64,000 bases of DNA, taken from the NCBI GenBank assembly GCA_048128005.1, contig JBEUKZ010000054.1:1240001-1304000 (forward strand), given 5' to 3'. The stretch is from Veleropilina oligotropha. Taxonomy: Eukaryota. Numbering within the stretch: the first letter of the stretch is position 1; every line of letters begins with the position of its first letter. The notes beneath the pieces were generated by a model. That model did no database searches and was not told the DNA's origin. It saw only the letters and a list, made by a program, of their open reading frames with translations. This document shows, in pieces, positions 37,801-50,962 of the stretch. A program made the translations under genes and the position numbers.

Positions 37801-40712
37801 ACTTGAAGGCATAAACTCATTGTATCTGACTATCATGCGAACATTACGCCCTCCAACTTTAAGGCATAAACTCATCGTATCATGCGAACATTACGCCCTC
37901 CAACTTGAAGGCATAAACTCATCATATCATGCAAACATTAGCCCTCCGACTTGAAGGCATAAACTCATCGTATCATGCAAACATTAGCCCTCCAACTTGA
38001 AGGCATAAACTCATCGTATCTGACTATCATGCAAACATTAGCCCTCCAACTTGAAGGCATAAACTCATCATATCATCCAAACATTACGCCCTCCAACTTG
38101 AAGGCATAAACTCATCATATCATGCAAACATTAGCCCTCCAACTTGAAGGCATAAACTCATCGTATCATCCAAACATTACGCCCTCCAACTTGAAGGCAT
38201 AAACTCATCATATCATGCAAACATTAGCCCTCCAACTTGAAGGCATGAACTCATCATATCATGCAAACATTACTCCCACCAACTTGAAGGCATAAACTCA
38301 TTGTATCTGACTATCATGCGAACATTACGCCCTCCAACTTGAAGGCATAAACTCATCGTATCATGCGAACATTACGCCCTCCAACTTGAAGGCATAAACT
38401 CATCATATCATGCAAACATTACGCCCACCGACTTGAAGGCATGAACTCATCATATCATCCAAACATTACGCCCTCCAACTTGAAGGCATAAACTCATCAT
38501 ATCATGCAAACATTAGCCCTCCAACTTGAAGGCATGAACTCATCGTATCATGCAAACATTACTCCCTCCAACTTGAAGGCATAAACTCATCGTATCTGAC
38601 TATCATGCAAACATTAGCCCTCCAACTTGAAGGCATAAACTCATCGTATCATGCAAACATTACGCCCTCCAACTTGAAGGCATAAACTCATCGTATCTGA
38701 CTATCATGCAAACATTAGCCCTCCAACTTGAAGGCATAAACTCATCGTATCATCCAAACAATACGCCCTCCAACTTGAAGGCATAAACTCATCATATCAT
38801 GCAAACATTAGCCCTCCAACTTGAAGGCATGAACTCATCATATCATGCAAACATTACTCCCACCAACTTGAAGGCATAAACTCATTGTATCTGACTATCA
38901 TGCGAACATTACGCCCTCCAACTTGAAGGCATAAACTCATCATATCATCCAAACATTACGCCCTCCAACTTGAAGGCATAAACTCATCATATCATGCAAA
39001 CATTACGCCCACCGACTTGAAGGCATGAACTCATCGTATCATGCAAACATTACGCCCTCCAACTTGAAGGCATAAACTCATCATATCATGCAAACATTAG
39101 CCCTCCAACTTGAAGGCATAAACTCGTCGTACCATGCAAACATTAGCCCTCCAACTTGAAGGCATAAACTCATCATATCATGCAAACATTACTCCCTCCA
39201 ACTTGAAGGCATAAACTCATCGTATCTGACTATCATGCAAACATTAGCCCTCCAACTTGAAGGCATAAACTCATCGTATCATGCAAACATTACGCCCTCC
39301 AACTTGAAGGCATAAACTCATCGTATCATGCAAACATTACGCCCACCAACTTGAAGGCATAAACTCATCGTATCTGACTATCATGCAAACATTAGCCCTC
39401 AGACTTGAAGGCATAAACTCATCGTATCATGCGAACATTACGCCCTCCAACTTGAAGGCATAAACTCATCATATCATGCAAACATTAGCCCTCCAACTTG
39501 AAGGCATAAACTCATCATATCATGCAAACATTACTCCCACCAACTTGAAGGCATAAACTCATTGTATCTGACTATCATGCGAACATTACGCCCTCCAACT
39601 TGAAGGCCTGAACTCATCGTATCATGCAAACATTACGCCCTCCGACTTGAAGGCATAAACTCGTCGTACCATGCAAACATTAGCCCTCCAACTTGAAGGC
39701 ATAAACTCATCATATCATGCAAACATTACTCCCTCCAACTTGAAGGCATAAACTCATCGTATCTGACTATCATGCAAACATTAGCCCTCCAACTTGAAGG
39801 CATAAACTCATCGTATCATGCAAACATTACGCCCTCCAACTTGAAGGCATGAACTCATCATATCATGCAAACATTACGCCCACCAACTTGAAGGCATAAA
39901 CTCATCGTATCTGACTATCATGCAAACATTAGCCCTCCAACTTGAAGGCATAAACTCATCGTATCATGCAAACATTACGCCCACCAACTTGAAGGCATAA
40001 ACTCATCGTATCTGACTATCATGCAAACATTAGCCCTCCGACTTGAAGGCATAAACTCATCGTATCATGCGAACATTACGCCCTCCAACTTGAAGGCATA
40101 AACTCATCATATCATGCAAACATTAGCCCTCCAACTTGAAGGCATAAACTCATCATATCATGCGAACATTACGCCCTCCAACTTGAAGGCATAAACTCAT
40201 CGTATCATGCGAACATTACACCCTCAAACTTGAAGGCATGAACTCATCATATCATACAAATATTAGCCCTCCAACTTGAAGGCATAAACTCATCGTATCA
40301 TGCAAACATTACGCCCACCAACTTGAAGGCATAAACTCATCGTACCATGCAACATTACGCCCACCAACTTGAAGGCATAAACTCATCGTATCATGCGAAC
40401 ATTACGCCCACCAACTTGAAGGCATAAACTCATCGTACCATGCAAACATTACGCCCACCAACTTGAAGGCATAAACTCATCGTACCATGCATACATTACG
40501 CCCACCAACTTGAAGGCATAAACTCATCGTACCATGCAAACATTACGCCCACCAACTTGAAGGCATAAACTCATCGTACCATGCAAACATTACGCCCACC
40601 AACTTGAAGGCATAAACTCATCGTACCATGCAAACATTACGCCCACCAACTTGAAGGCATAAACTCATCGTACCATGCAAACATTACGCCCACCAACTTG
40701 AAGGCATAAACT
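34805..40712. repeat. 5.9-kb satellite array, 47-bp base unit (46- and 53/54-bp variants), roughly 120 units
   Basis: AACTCATCGTATCATGCAAACATTACGCCCTCCAACTTGAAGGCATA repeated. Period measured from 37151 to 37198. Confidence 0.98.
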
Positions 40713-41227
40713 CTGACACAGTTCATCATGTACTGTAGTTAAAATTATTATAGCATATCCATAGTGGCTTGACCATGATGCTGGCTACTTCCTGCTTGAC
40801 CACATTGCATATAGCATGTCCTGGAGGAGTGACCGGCACCAGGCATGCCAGGTCCTGTCTGACCGCTGACCACAATATAGGCTAGTCACTGCCTGACCAT
40901 TCACAAACATCATATAGGCTTGTCCCCCCCCTCATGACGATTGTCTGCACCTGAACGCTTGACTTCCTTGACTTGCATACTTGCCCTGGACACACCTGCT
41001 CCAATAAAATGTTAATGACCTGGCATCCTGGCATGTCCCTTTTGCTAGACTACATTGTCAATACAAGAAACAAGGTATTAAATTAACACGGCCTAAAATC
41101 TTCCTTCCTGCAAATATGACCATGGCTGTTCCTCAGGACATTAATTAATGCTGAGATATGTTTTACGTGACATTTCATGAATAATAAAGTATCGATATTT
41201 ATGTCCTGTATATTCACAACCATAATG

Positions 41228-41495
41228 CTCACAGCCTGTCGGAGCGGTCGACTTCAGTACAGTCATTGGTGGCCTTGCTTCTACTCATCAATGTGGTTGT
41301 ACATGTTCTAGTAATGTTCACACCCTGTCGGAGCGGTCGACTTCAGTACAGTCATTGGTGGCCTTGCTTCTACTCATCAATGTGGTTGTACATGTTCTAG
41401 TAATGTTCACACCCTGTCGGAGCGGTGGACTTCAGTACAGTCATTGGTGGCCTTGCTTCTACTCATCAATGTGGTTGTACATGTTCTAGTAATAT
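41228..41495. repeat. Tandem repeat, 89-bp unit x3
   Basis: CTGTCGGAGCGGT starts at 41236, 41325 and 41414. Confidence 0.95.
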
Positions 41496-42916
41496 TCATC
41501 ATTAATTTGCATTGTCCTGTCAAGGAGACAAAAACATCTGAATGAAAAATGTTCTTTTAAACACTGAAAAATATTTCCTTTGCTTTAATCTTAGGCAAGA
41601 TATATCCGGCAGGCAAACATGCAAAAAATGTAATCATTAGTACTTGTGGATAAGTAATTTCTTCACGAAGAACGTTTAAATGACGGCCTACTACATCAGA
41701 ACACTTTGAGGACATCAAATCAATTAGGATTTCAACCATAAAAGTATGTAGACATCAAAGCCATTTCTGTTCAAGGATCAAGCAACCCATTTAACTTTAA
41801 TTTAAAGTTCTATTACCTGTTCTCTTTTCAAATTTACAGCTGACGATGTATTTATGCAATGATGGCCAGGTCTGGGTGGATGAAGTATAGGTCATATATA
41901 CCGCGAGGTTTGGTTGTCTAATTGAAAAAGCTTGCAGTCAAACCACGAGATGCGAAGCACAGAGTTGTTTAACTGCACTTGCTTTTCCCATTAGATACCA
42001 CAAACCGAGTGATATAACCGACTTAACCCATTGCAAAAGTATACCATAATTTTAAAATATATGACACAATATGGTCAGTTAGACCACGGGGGGAAGACAT
42101 TGTAGAATGACGTCATCAAAATGGTTTAATTGATGTTTAAGATTGTGCCAACATTATTTCACGAGTGAAGTAAATTCACTCGGTGCTGTGAAGTGTAATC
42201 TTAAGACATGTAAGTAATTAACAATTTCAATTCATCAAATGACAGCGCGTGTTTTCACTAAGCGCGACTTTTACCTGTTTATTTCTACTTTTGCATAATA
42301 CTTTTTAATTTGGAAACATTTACGTTATTACAGGAATTGTTCTTGTATATTTTGAAACATTTTACACGTTAATAAAAGGCTGTTGCTGTCAAGTGCAATT
42401 TGAGTTCATCCCTTTACCAAAATGGTCTAACATAATTCACATGTGAATCTCATGTGAGATCTAACTTAGTTTCTCACATGAGTTTCACATGAGTTTTTTA
42501 ACATGCAAATTAGGTTAGTTTCAGTTGAATTCCTCACGTGAGAAATATTTCACATGTGATGAATTTCTCAGGTGAGAAATATTTCATATGTGGTGAATTT
42601 CTAGCAAAACTCAACTGACGAGTATAAAATTACAAACAGATGGCCTTGTAACAGTTGAAGTTGGCGCACTTATATCATGACACAAAGGAGCATTCAAAAC
42701 AGCATTTAAGCTTTCGTATATAAAGCCCATTTGATACTATACTACATATATAACATATATTACTGTGATACTGTACCCTTAATTATAATGTCACATTAAA
42801 ATGCATCAAGCATTATATGATAATTTTATCTTTTTGACTGGATATACAGGAATTCATGGAGATCTTAATTGCACTAATCATATTTTTAGTGAGCGCTTGG
42901 TTTGTCTTAGATAAAT

Positions 42917-44130
42917 GTATCTCCCGAAACGAAAGTATCGGGGGATACTATGGTGTAGCGTTGGTTACGCTGCATCCTCGTGTTTTCAAATTTGGTATGT
43001 GCATCAATTGGTTGGGTCGAGGACATGGCAACTATAGATTTTTGGTGTGGTCCGCCCTCCAAGATGGCCGCTGTGGCCTCCATCTTGGATTTTAAGCATA
43101 ATTCCTTGTTATCGCTCGAGACATGCCATTTCTTAACGGAATGTTTTCAAATTTGGCATGTGCATTGATTGGGGCGAGGACACGACACCTATATATTTTG
43201 GCGGCCATCTTGAATTTCGTTATAAAACTATTACTTTTATCAATTTGTTAATATTTAACCTAGCGGGACATGATTTATATATGCAGATACCAGAGGTAAT
43301 TGTCTAACTGGCGACCATTTTGATTTAGATTTAAATTTTAAGAGTCTTTAAAATGGCTATATCTTGAAAATGATGCAACATAGACACATGGTCACTATGG
43401 GGAGCCTATGGGAATAATGGTTGGGCTTTCAAATGGCACCATGACCTTTGACCTCAGATGACCTACATTGCTCTAAATGACCTAATTAAGAAAAAATGGA
43501 TATATGTGTGCCTATAGTGGATAAAGTGAACTCCTATTGACGTATGTAGTCGACATTTAACAATTATGCCATATATATAAAATTGAAAAGCAGGAAGTGC
43601 CTCGGCGGCCATTAAAGCATTTGTTTCAAGTGGCAATATATAAAAAAGGATGCACCATGGCCACATAGTTACTATGGGAAGTCATGGTTGATCTTTCACA
43701 CGTGACCTTGGCCTTTGACCTACATTGCAGGAAATGGACCTAATTAAGGTAAAAGACGTATGTTTGCCAGGAAATGGCCAACTCTGTTAATATTGATGCT
43801 AGAGCTTAGATATTTTAAATAGCACAGCGCACTAGATCTATTTTTAATACTTGAAACAAAGAGAGTCGGGCCAATGAAGCATTGCCCGACATCCTGTTAC
43901 AGCATAAACTTCTCATGTCCTGATTTCATGACGTAACCAGTACGCAGCGCTATTAGGAAAATAAAAAAATTCGAACAAAATGGCTATAGATTTTGGGTGT
44001 GGTCCGTTCTCCAAGATGGCCGTTGTAGCCTCCATCTTGGATTTTTAAGCATAATTCCTTGTGATCGCTCTAGACAGGTCATTACCGGGGGATACATATG
44101 CGATCACTCGTGACTGAGCATCTAGTTTTA
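42917..44130 (+). mobile_element. HINE-like element (related to 51860-52160)
   Basis: Head GTATCTCCCGA...TCGGGGGATAC; CAAGATGGCCG units; end CCGGGGGATACATATGC...CTAGTTTT shared with about 52115-52160. Confidence 0.65.
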
Positions 44131-45600
44131 AATATGTAGCAGTCGTTTGCTGACAGGTCACATCAGATAAACCGCATTATTTTTGGCATAAAAATGCTAT
44201 TCATTTGAGTAATAAACTATCAGTCATCGTCGATCGGGTTCATGTTTTAAAGGGCAATGGTCAAATCCTGTAGAATGCACTAGTTCTCGTTGCTCACCGA
44301 TGTTACGCAGTGTTGATTCGGACCCATGTTTGGAGCGTGACCACGCCTTATGCTGTTGATAAAGTGACTTATCGAAACGAAATGCTAAACAGAGAGAGAC
44401 CAGACAACAAGGCGACTGCAAAATTGTATAAATGCTGTTGGCAAACTAAAATGATTTAAATTTAATCCATTATTAAATATAATCTAAATGTATCTTCGTC
44501 ATATTATGGGACAGGAACTCTTATTATGGGTTGTGTCGGTCCTTATTTATGTTTTATGCTCGTCGATCTTATTGCAAATTCAATTTGCGATACTCGTGCA
44601 TGGCAGCGTGCACTCTGACAGAATATTCTGGACGGCGTACCATCGCAGGTTTTAAGCTGCCATTCCGAATGATTCTCCAAATCAGAAAGGAAATCAGATT
44701 TTGCTAATTTTCTAAATAACGTTTAAGCCAAGAAGCTAAAGCATTTTTACTCCAATTTATATTAATGTGATGTAATAATCACATAATTATTGAGAAAATT
44801 AAGTAGTTTGCTCTTTGAATATTGATCGAGGTGACCCTTTATCAATGTAGAAGCTTGTGAATTCACAAATTTATTGAAAAAGGTAGATAAATGGGTGAGC
44901 AACATAAAAAACAATTGTCATAATTTATTTGGCTAATTGCTTTTATGTTTAGCTAAAGGTTTAATGAGACAAATTAGCCAAATCGCTAAACACAATTTTC
45001 AATGGCTTAAACCCTGCCATCGTGTAGATAATATTTGTTGTACTTCATCGATCTGGACCGTTTGTGTTCATGTGATGCATTTTGTTCTGGATTGCTGTAT
45101 TGATCATGCAAATTCAAGCTTCAGGCTAATATAAGCTCACATTCTGCGCATTAATGCTAGTTTCCCTTGAGCTGAAGTGGATTATGTGGTTATTGCTTTA
45201 ACATCCTGTATACCTATGTAGCGGTGCTACGCTAGGAAGCAGAGCCATCTTTAACATCCTGTATATGTAGCGGTGCTACGCTAGGAAGCAGAGCCATCTT
45301 TAACGGAGTTGTAGGGAAGCTAATTAAACATGCTGTGATGTCGTTATACATTAATTTAATAATTATCAATGGTTAATAGGTTTTCCTTCTATCCAATTAA
45401 TTGATGATTATAACCCAAGTTAAATCGAGTTTAGCTTATATTATAACAGATTAGTTACTACACTTTAACCATTGCATGCTGGCATCTTATCTCTGGGCCT
45501 GCATTTCAAAAAATTTAAATTTAAATTTCTTATGCTTATATAATTATATAGTGAAGAGTATAATATTACATTTGATTCATACACTATTGAATATAATATT

Positions 45601-47595
45601 ATTGTCCCCTGCTGCCTATCGGCCGGACGGGGGACATGGAATCCGCATTCGTGCGTCTGACCCGAATTTTCTCACGTCTTTTTTTGCCATTTAGAGAAAT
45701 GCGAGCTTTCCAAAACTTTACAGATGAACTAACCACATCATTAAGTAGATAAATTTTGAATATTGAAAATTTATTTTGAAAACTTGTTTTATTGGCGACT
45801 TAACGGCAAATTTGAACATAGCCTCTGGAAGCATGGATATGGTAAATTTCTCACATTGGTTTTTTCCATTTGGAGAAATACTAGCTTTCTGAAACTTGAC
45901 AGACTTACCAACCACATCATTGGGTATATCAAGTTCGAATATTGTGAACTTATTTGAAAAATTTATTGTTTTTTTTGGGTGATTTTCAGCAATTTTGATC
46001 ATAGTCTCTGGAAGCATGGCTGGGGTCTATTTCTCACATCTTTTTTTTCATTTAGAGAAATGATAGCTTTCTGAAACTGAGCTGAGGGAGGCACATACAT
46101 GTCCTTCCGATTGGCCGCACCTCACCCCTGATGCTGCCTTCCCCCCGCCCCCCAAAAAAAATTATGAAGAAGCTAAGTTACATGATTTATTTTTGCTATG
46201 CCTACACATTATAGCAGTTATTCTGAAAAGTTTAATTATGTCTTGAAATATTGAGGATATAAAGGAAGGAAGCAGATATAGTATGTAAGTATTATGTTTG
46301 TATGATGAAAGGGACATATGCTTATCTGTAAGACTTGCTCACTGCCAATAGGCACAGTAACCTGTTAAGCTTAATGGTCACTCTGAGAAGCTGGGATTAT
46401 CAAAATCAGATGGATTTTGAAAACTGGCTTCCCCATTGGTTTATTCCATGGGTATCTTGAGATGGCAGTATATATTGCCATAACAAGAGCGGACTGTATC
46501 CATTGTCTAATATCACCTTCCTCAACTGGTCAAGGTTAGAGTCATTATTGGTATACTATTTTGTCAATGGCCCGACTCATGGATTGGCAGCTAAAAATAT
46601 TTAATCTCTCGTGAGCATATAATAATAAGATATTGTCTTTATTTCTGTTTCTCTGAAACTAAGTTTTACAATAACTATATTAGGATCAGCACTTCATAGG
46701 TAGTACTTCTGAATTCTTATTTTATAAACTGAAAATGTGGCCTTTTTCAAAGTAAACGGGGATGGGTGAGACATATAATTTCACGGAATTTCTTTTTTTG
46801 TTGACATTTCAGCACTTCTGAACCTAGTCTCTGGAAGCATAGATGCGATCTATTTTTTTTCATATCGAGAATTTCTAGCTTTCTCAAACATTACCGGTAC
46901 CGATCAATTAATCACATCAAAGTTATGAATCACAGTTGTCCGTAACTGGCCCAAGAGGTCGGGTTTCACCGGGCGACCAGGCTTTCCTCTCGCAATAATA
47001 CGGACATGTCCTGGTTTGAACCTAAATAGGTTGGAAATATCAGGACAATAAGCATTGATCCTTTCCTTTTTCCTTTTCGAATATGGGGAATGTTTTTTTT
47101 AAATTTGTTTTTTTGCGATTTTTTACATTACAAGTCTCTGCAAGCATGGATGTGGTCAATTTTGTCACATGCACTTATTTCATTTTCAGAGATGCTAGCT
47201 TTCTGAAACTGTACAGATCAATTAACTCCATCATGGGGTAGACCAGGTTCAAATATTGGGGATTTATTGCTGACTTTTGCTGATTCAAAACATATAGTCT
47301 TTGGATGTACGAAATTTATCAATTTTCTCTCACCTAAATTTTCCATTTAGAGAAATGTTAGCTTTGTGAAACTTCATAGATCAACTAACCACATAATGGG
47401 ATGGATAAAGTTTGAATAATGAAAATTATTTAATTTATGTACTTGAAGTATATTTACACTTAGTCTCTGGGTGCATATCTATCTCTTTAGCCTCTGATGG
47501 CAGAAAATCTTTCTTAATTCTCATTGAGTTAGCGATACACAGCGTGAAAAATACGGGCAGGGGACAATCACCACTTAATGGCAATCACTTGTTAA
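45601..47595 (+). mobile_element. ~2-kb HINE-like composite element, copy A
   Basis: Colinear, highly similar to 53969-55975. Hairpin head TGTCCCC...GGGGGACA; internal CATTTAGAGAAAT...GCTTTCTGAAACT repeats; embedded SINE fragment at 46920-47075. Confidence 0.85.
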
Positions 47596-49196
47596 TATTT
47601 AATGAAGGTTTTATTGCTTAAATTGTTTTGGGATGGTTGATAAACATATTTCATCATCATTCCCAGACATTCTAGTAGCATCGAATTGTGATCGTAATAG
47701 TTGGTAATAATGGTCCCATGTTTACAAACATCCTGGTTAAGGTAGGACTTCCCACGCATGGGGCTTCTCTATATCAACCTGCATTACACGCATGTGGCTT
47801 CTCTATCAACCTGCATTGCATTCAGGACTGTGACTTGACCACTACCTGTTGAATTATTCATGAGGCTCCCCATCTACACACTGCCTTATATGCATGGTTG
47901 ACCCGCCTCCTGAGCCAGTGACCTAAGCATGACCCATACAGGGCTGGGTTGATTCTGTTATTACTATAAGCTGTCATTCAAGTTTATTTATAGCTGCAAT
48001 TGTTTCTGCCTGAAGAGATCCTGGTTGTCATTGAACACAACACCATGTGACCAGCAAGTTCAGCTCATTCAATATAGTAAAAGTATTCAATTGTAGCAGT
48101 TCTGTAGGCTTTGTACATAATCATTATAAAGACCTATATATATATATACATATATATATTTATCTGTCAGTTCTTTGAATGCTCATTGGAGTGACCAGTT
48201 ATTAGACTACACAACATTGTCAAGGAAACACAGGTAATGTCAGTTATATTAACCAAATATTTCCATTTATATTGTGCGTAGCATGTTTAATTGATGATAT
48301 ATAATTTAATAATAATTGTGCTGTTTTAATTGGTGTTTATTGAAGTGTAACTGTTGTTTATATCTAGTAATATGGGCTACATGTGCAACAAGTACGGTGT
48401 GTCTATTTATGTTTGTATATAATAGTGTATTGTATAGATCAGATGGATGTACATATACTAGGCTACCATATATCGCCTTCTGTGAAAATTCAAAAATTGA
48501 ATGTACCTATGATCAATTTGTGTCTTTAGATGATACTCATGATTAATATATATTTCCATCAATGTAAAGTACCACGATTATTGTTGCCAGCTAGTATATG
48601 TGGAAACACGGTATCATGAGAGCACATTTTCAGTGTACACTGCTTGTCACGCAACAGCGATTCATGATAGAATGCAATAAAACGGTCAGTTGGGGGCACG
48701 TTGAAAGACTAGCCATGTATTTATATCATTGCCATTAACTATACAAATACAATGTAAGCTATGATGTTGTTAAATCGAATTGTCCAAGCATAATTGTTCT
48801 GTAATCCAAAACTACATGTCCCATATTTAGACAACCTTGTGTTAAATCGACAACACGTTTATTGTATACAATTACAAAACTAGAAATAACTCTGAGATCG
48901 CAGGCTGACCTCTGCCATGGCTGCACTGACACCAATTCCAAATCTAATCAATGGGTTCTTATTCAAATGTCAAGCTGCTCATAGCTAGAATTTCATCAAA
49001 ATCTGTTAAGAAGTTTTTGAGTATTCCTAATGATAAACAAACAAATAAAGATAGTGTAGCAGTAATTATTACATTTTGGTTTTCATGAGTACGCTACTTA
49101 TTTTCGTGAATAAATATGTATGTATTGATAAAATTTACACGTACGGATTGAGATTTAAATTAGAAAATATAAACAATAAATCAGGCTACACATAAA

Positions 49197-50242
49197 ATGG
49201 CTGCCCATAAGTTAGTTTATAAGACCACTAACATAGAAGCTGTCAAGAAACAGAAAGTGCTGGGTGTAATTATAGAGGAAAACTTAAATTGGTCAATGCA
49301 TGCTACATCTGTGATAAATAAAGTGAAGAGTAAACTTTATCTTTTAGCTAGAATACAAAAGTTTTTACCATTTCACTGTCGTAAACTATTTTATAATTCA
49401 TTTGTTTTACCTCATATTGACTACTGCCTCTCTATATGGGGATCCTGCCCCCAACATGAGCTAAGCAGACTGGAAAGTCTCCAAACACCGGGCATAAGGC
49501 TGATTCTGGGATGTGACGCCTCTGTTCCGTCTCATGACCTCTACACAAAAATGGGATGGTTCCCCATATCTTATCGTTTTAAACTGAACACTGTCTTACT
49601 TGCTTTTAAAGGCATTCATGGCCTTGTGCCTCCTTATATATATGTGATATTTTGAAATATCTAAACCAGCCCGCCTTTTAAGATCATCTGACAACGGCAC
49701 TCTTTTGTCGATTCCTTCTACACGCACTGAACTCTTCAAGAGAACTTTTAAAATAAATGGACCAAAATTGTTTAACGAATTGCCAATGTCTATCAGAAAT
49801 TTGTCGTCTAAGTGATTTTAAATGTGCTTGTTATAAACATTTTTAGCAGAATCAAGGCAATCCTTCATATCTTAATGTTTTTATAATTTTATACAGTTGT
49901 CTTCATTGTGCCTTTACTATTAAGTATTATCTAAATTTTAAATTTTAATACTATTTAAAATGACTCAGAGAAATTTGTCTTACCGTAATTATTTATGTTA
50001 TATATATGTCATCTATATTTTCATAACTGTATTATTTATATTTTATGTTGTATTCATCTTGTACATATCTTAACTTATCTATATTTTCATAACTGTATTC
50101 TTTATATTTTATGATGTATTCATCTTGTATATATATTATCTTCTGTTATTCTCTCGACACGGATGAAAAGAGGTCTTGACCTATCTGCTTTATCGAGATT
50201 TTTAAATAAAGTGTATTATTATTATAATATTATTATTATTAT
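49197..50242 (+). mobile_element. 5'-truncated CR1/L2-group (Crack/Daphne-like) LINE with AT-rich 3' UTR
   Basis: ORF 49197-49655 has KVLGVIIEENLNWSMH, RKLFYNSFVLPHIDYCLSIWG and LYTKMGWFPI. AATAAA plus a (TAT)n tail at about 50205-50242. Confidence 0.85.
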
Positions 50243-50503
50243 AAGAGCTGAATTTTAAATTCGCTCTTCTGAATAACAGTAGTTGATTCAAATCCATGGA
50301 TGGGCACTCCGTTTAAGTCACAGTTGTCCGTAGCGGGCCAGTGCGGGCGAGTTTCCTGGGCGATACAGACATGTCCTGATACGACGCTGAAGACTGTTTA
50401 ATGGGACATCGAGCAGTGATCCAACGTGAACCAAACACGTTGTAAAAGTGCATTTCTTATTGTATCTTCCATAATTCTATCTTTGTTGCAGAATATTTAA
50501 GCG

Positions 50504-50625
50504 ATGCCCGGCGATCCATTGACTGATATCGAAACTCCATCAACATCGACAGGCGAAACACGGCGAAAATCTTCTAAACCTACTATTAATATCAAATCTC
50601 AAAAAATGGAAACCGAAATGAGCAG
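50504..50625 (+). CDS. ACSBG: Long-chain acyl-CoA synthetase, bubblegum family: first coding exon (exon begins 50492)
   Basis: Acceptor CTTTGTTGCAG; in-frame TAA just upstream of the ATG; MPGDPLTDIETPSTSTGETRRKSSKPTINIKSQKMETEMS; donor AG|GTAAG (phase 2) is compatible with the next exon. The sequence is not conserved, so support is splice signals and phase only. Confidence 0.65.
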
Positions 50626-50729
50626 GTAAGAAGGAAGAAACTTACCGTTAATGAGCAGAGCTGCCAATGCCCTGACATGTCTGATTATTGTGGAAGGTTA
50701 ATTGACAAGAGCAGAAACCGGAACAGTAT

Positions 50730-50962
50730 TGTGAACAGATTTTTAACTTACTTTGGAACAGGATATTGAAGCGTTGATTGACGTTTAGACTACTCAGCTA
50801 GTAGTCTTGATCACGTAATGATCTTGTTGGCCGCAAGGGGCGCTCGGGTAGCGGCCTTCAAGATCATTACGTGATCAAGACGACTAGCTATAGCTGAGTA
50901 GTCGAAACGTCAATCAACGCTTCAATATCCTGTTCCAAAGTAAGTTAAAAATCTTTTCACTA
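50730..50962. repeat. Long inverted repeat (about 100-bp arms)
   Basis: AGATTTTTAACTTACTTTGGAACAGGATATTGAAGCGTTGATTGACGTTT pairs with AAACGTCAATCAACGCTTCAATATCCTGTTCCAAAGTAAGTTAAAAATCT. The inner stem is TCTTGATCACGTAATGATCTTG. Confidence 0.95.

Noticed and set aside
34805..40712. CRISPR-like array
   Set aside because: The units are head-to-tail variants of one sequence with no unique spacers, there are no cas genes, and the context is eukaryotic. The same applies to 30078-31435.
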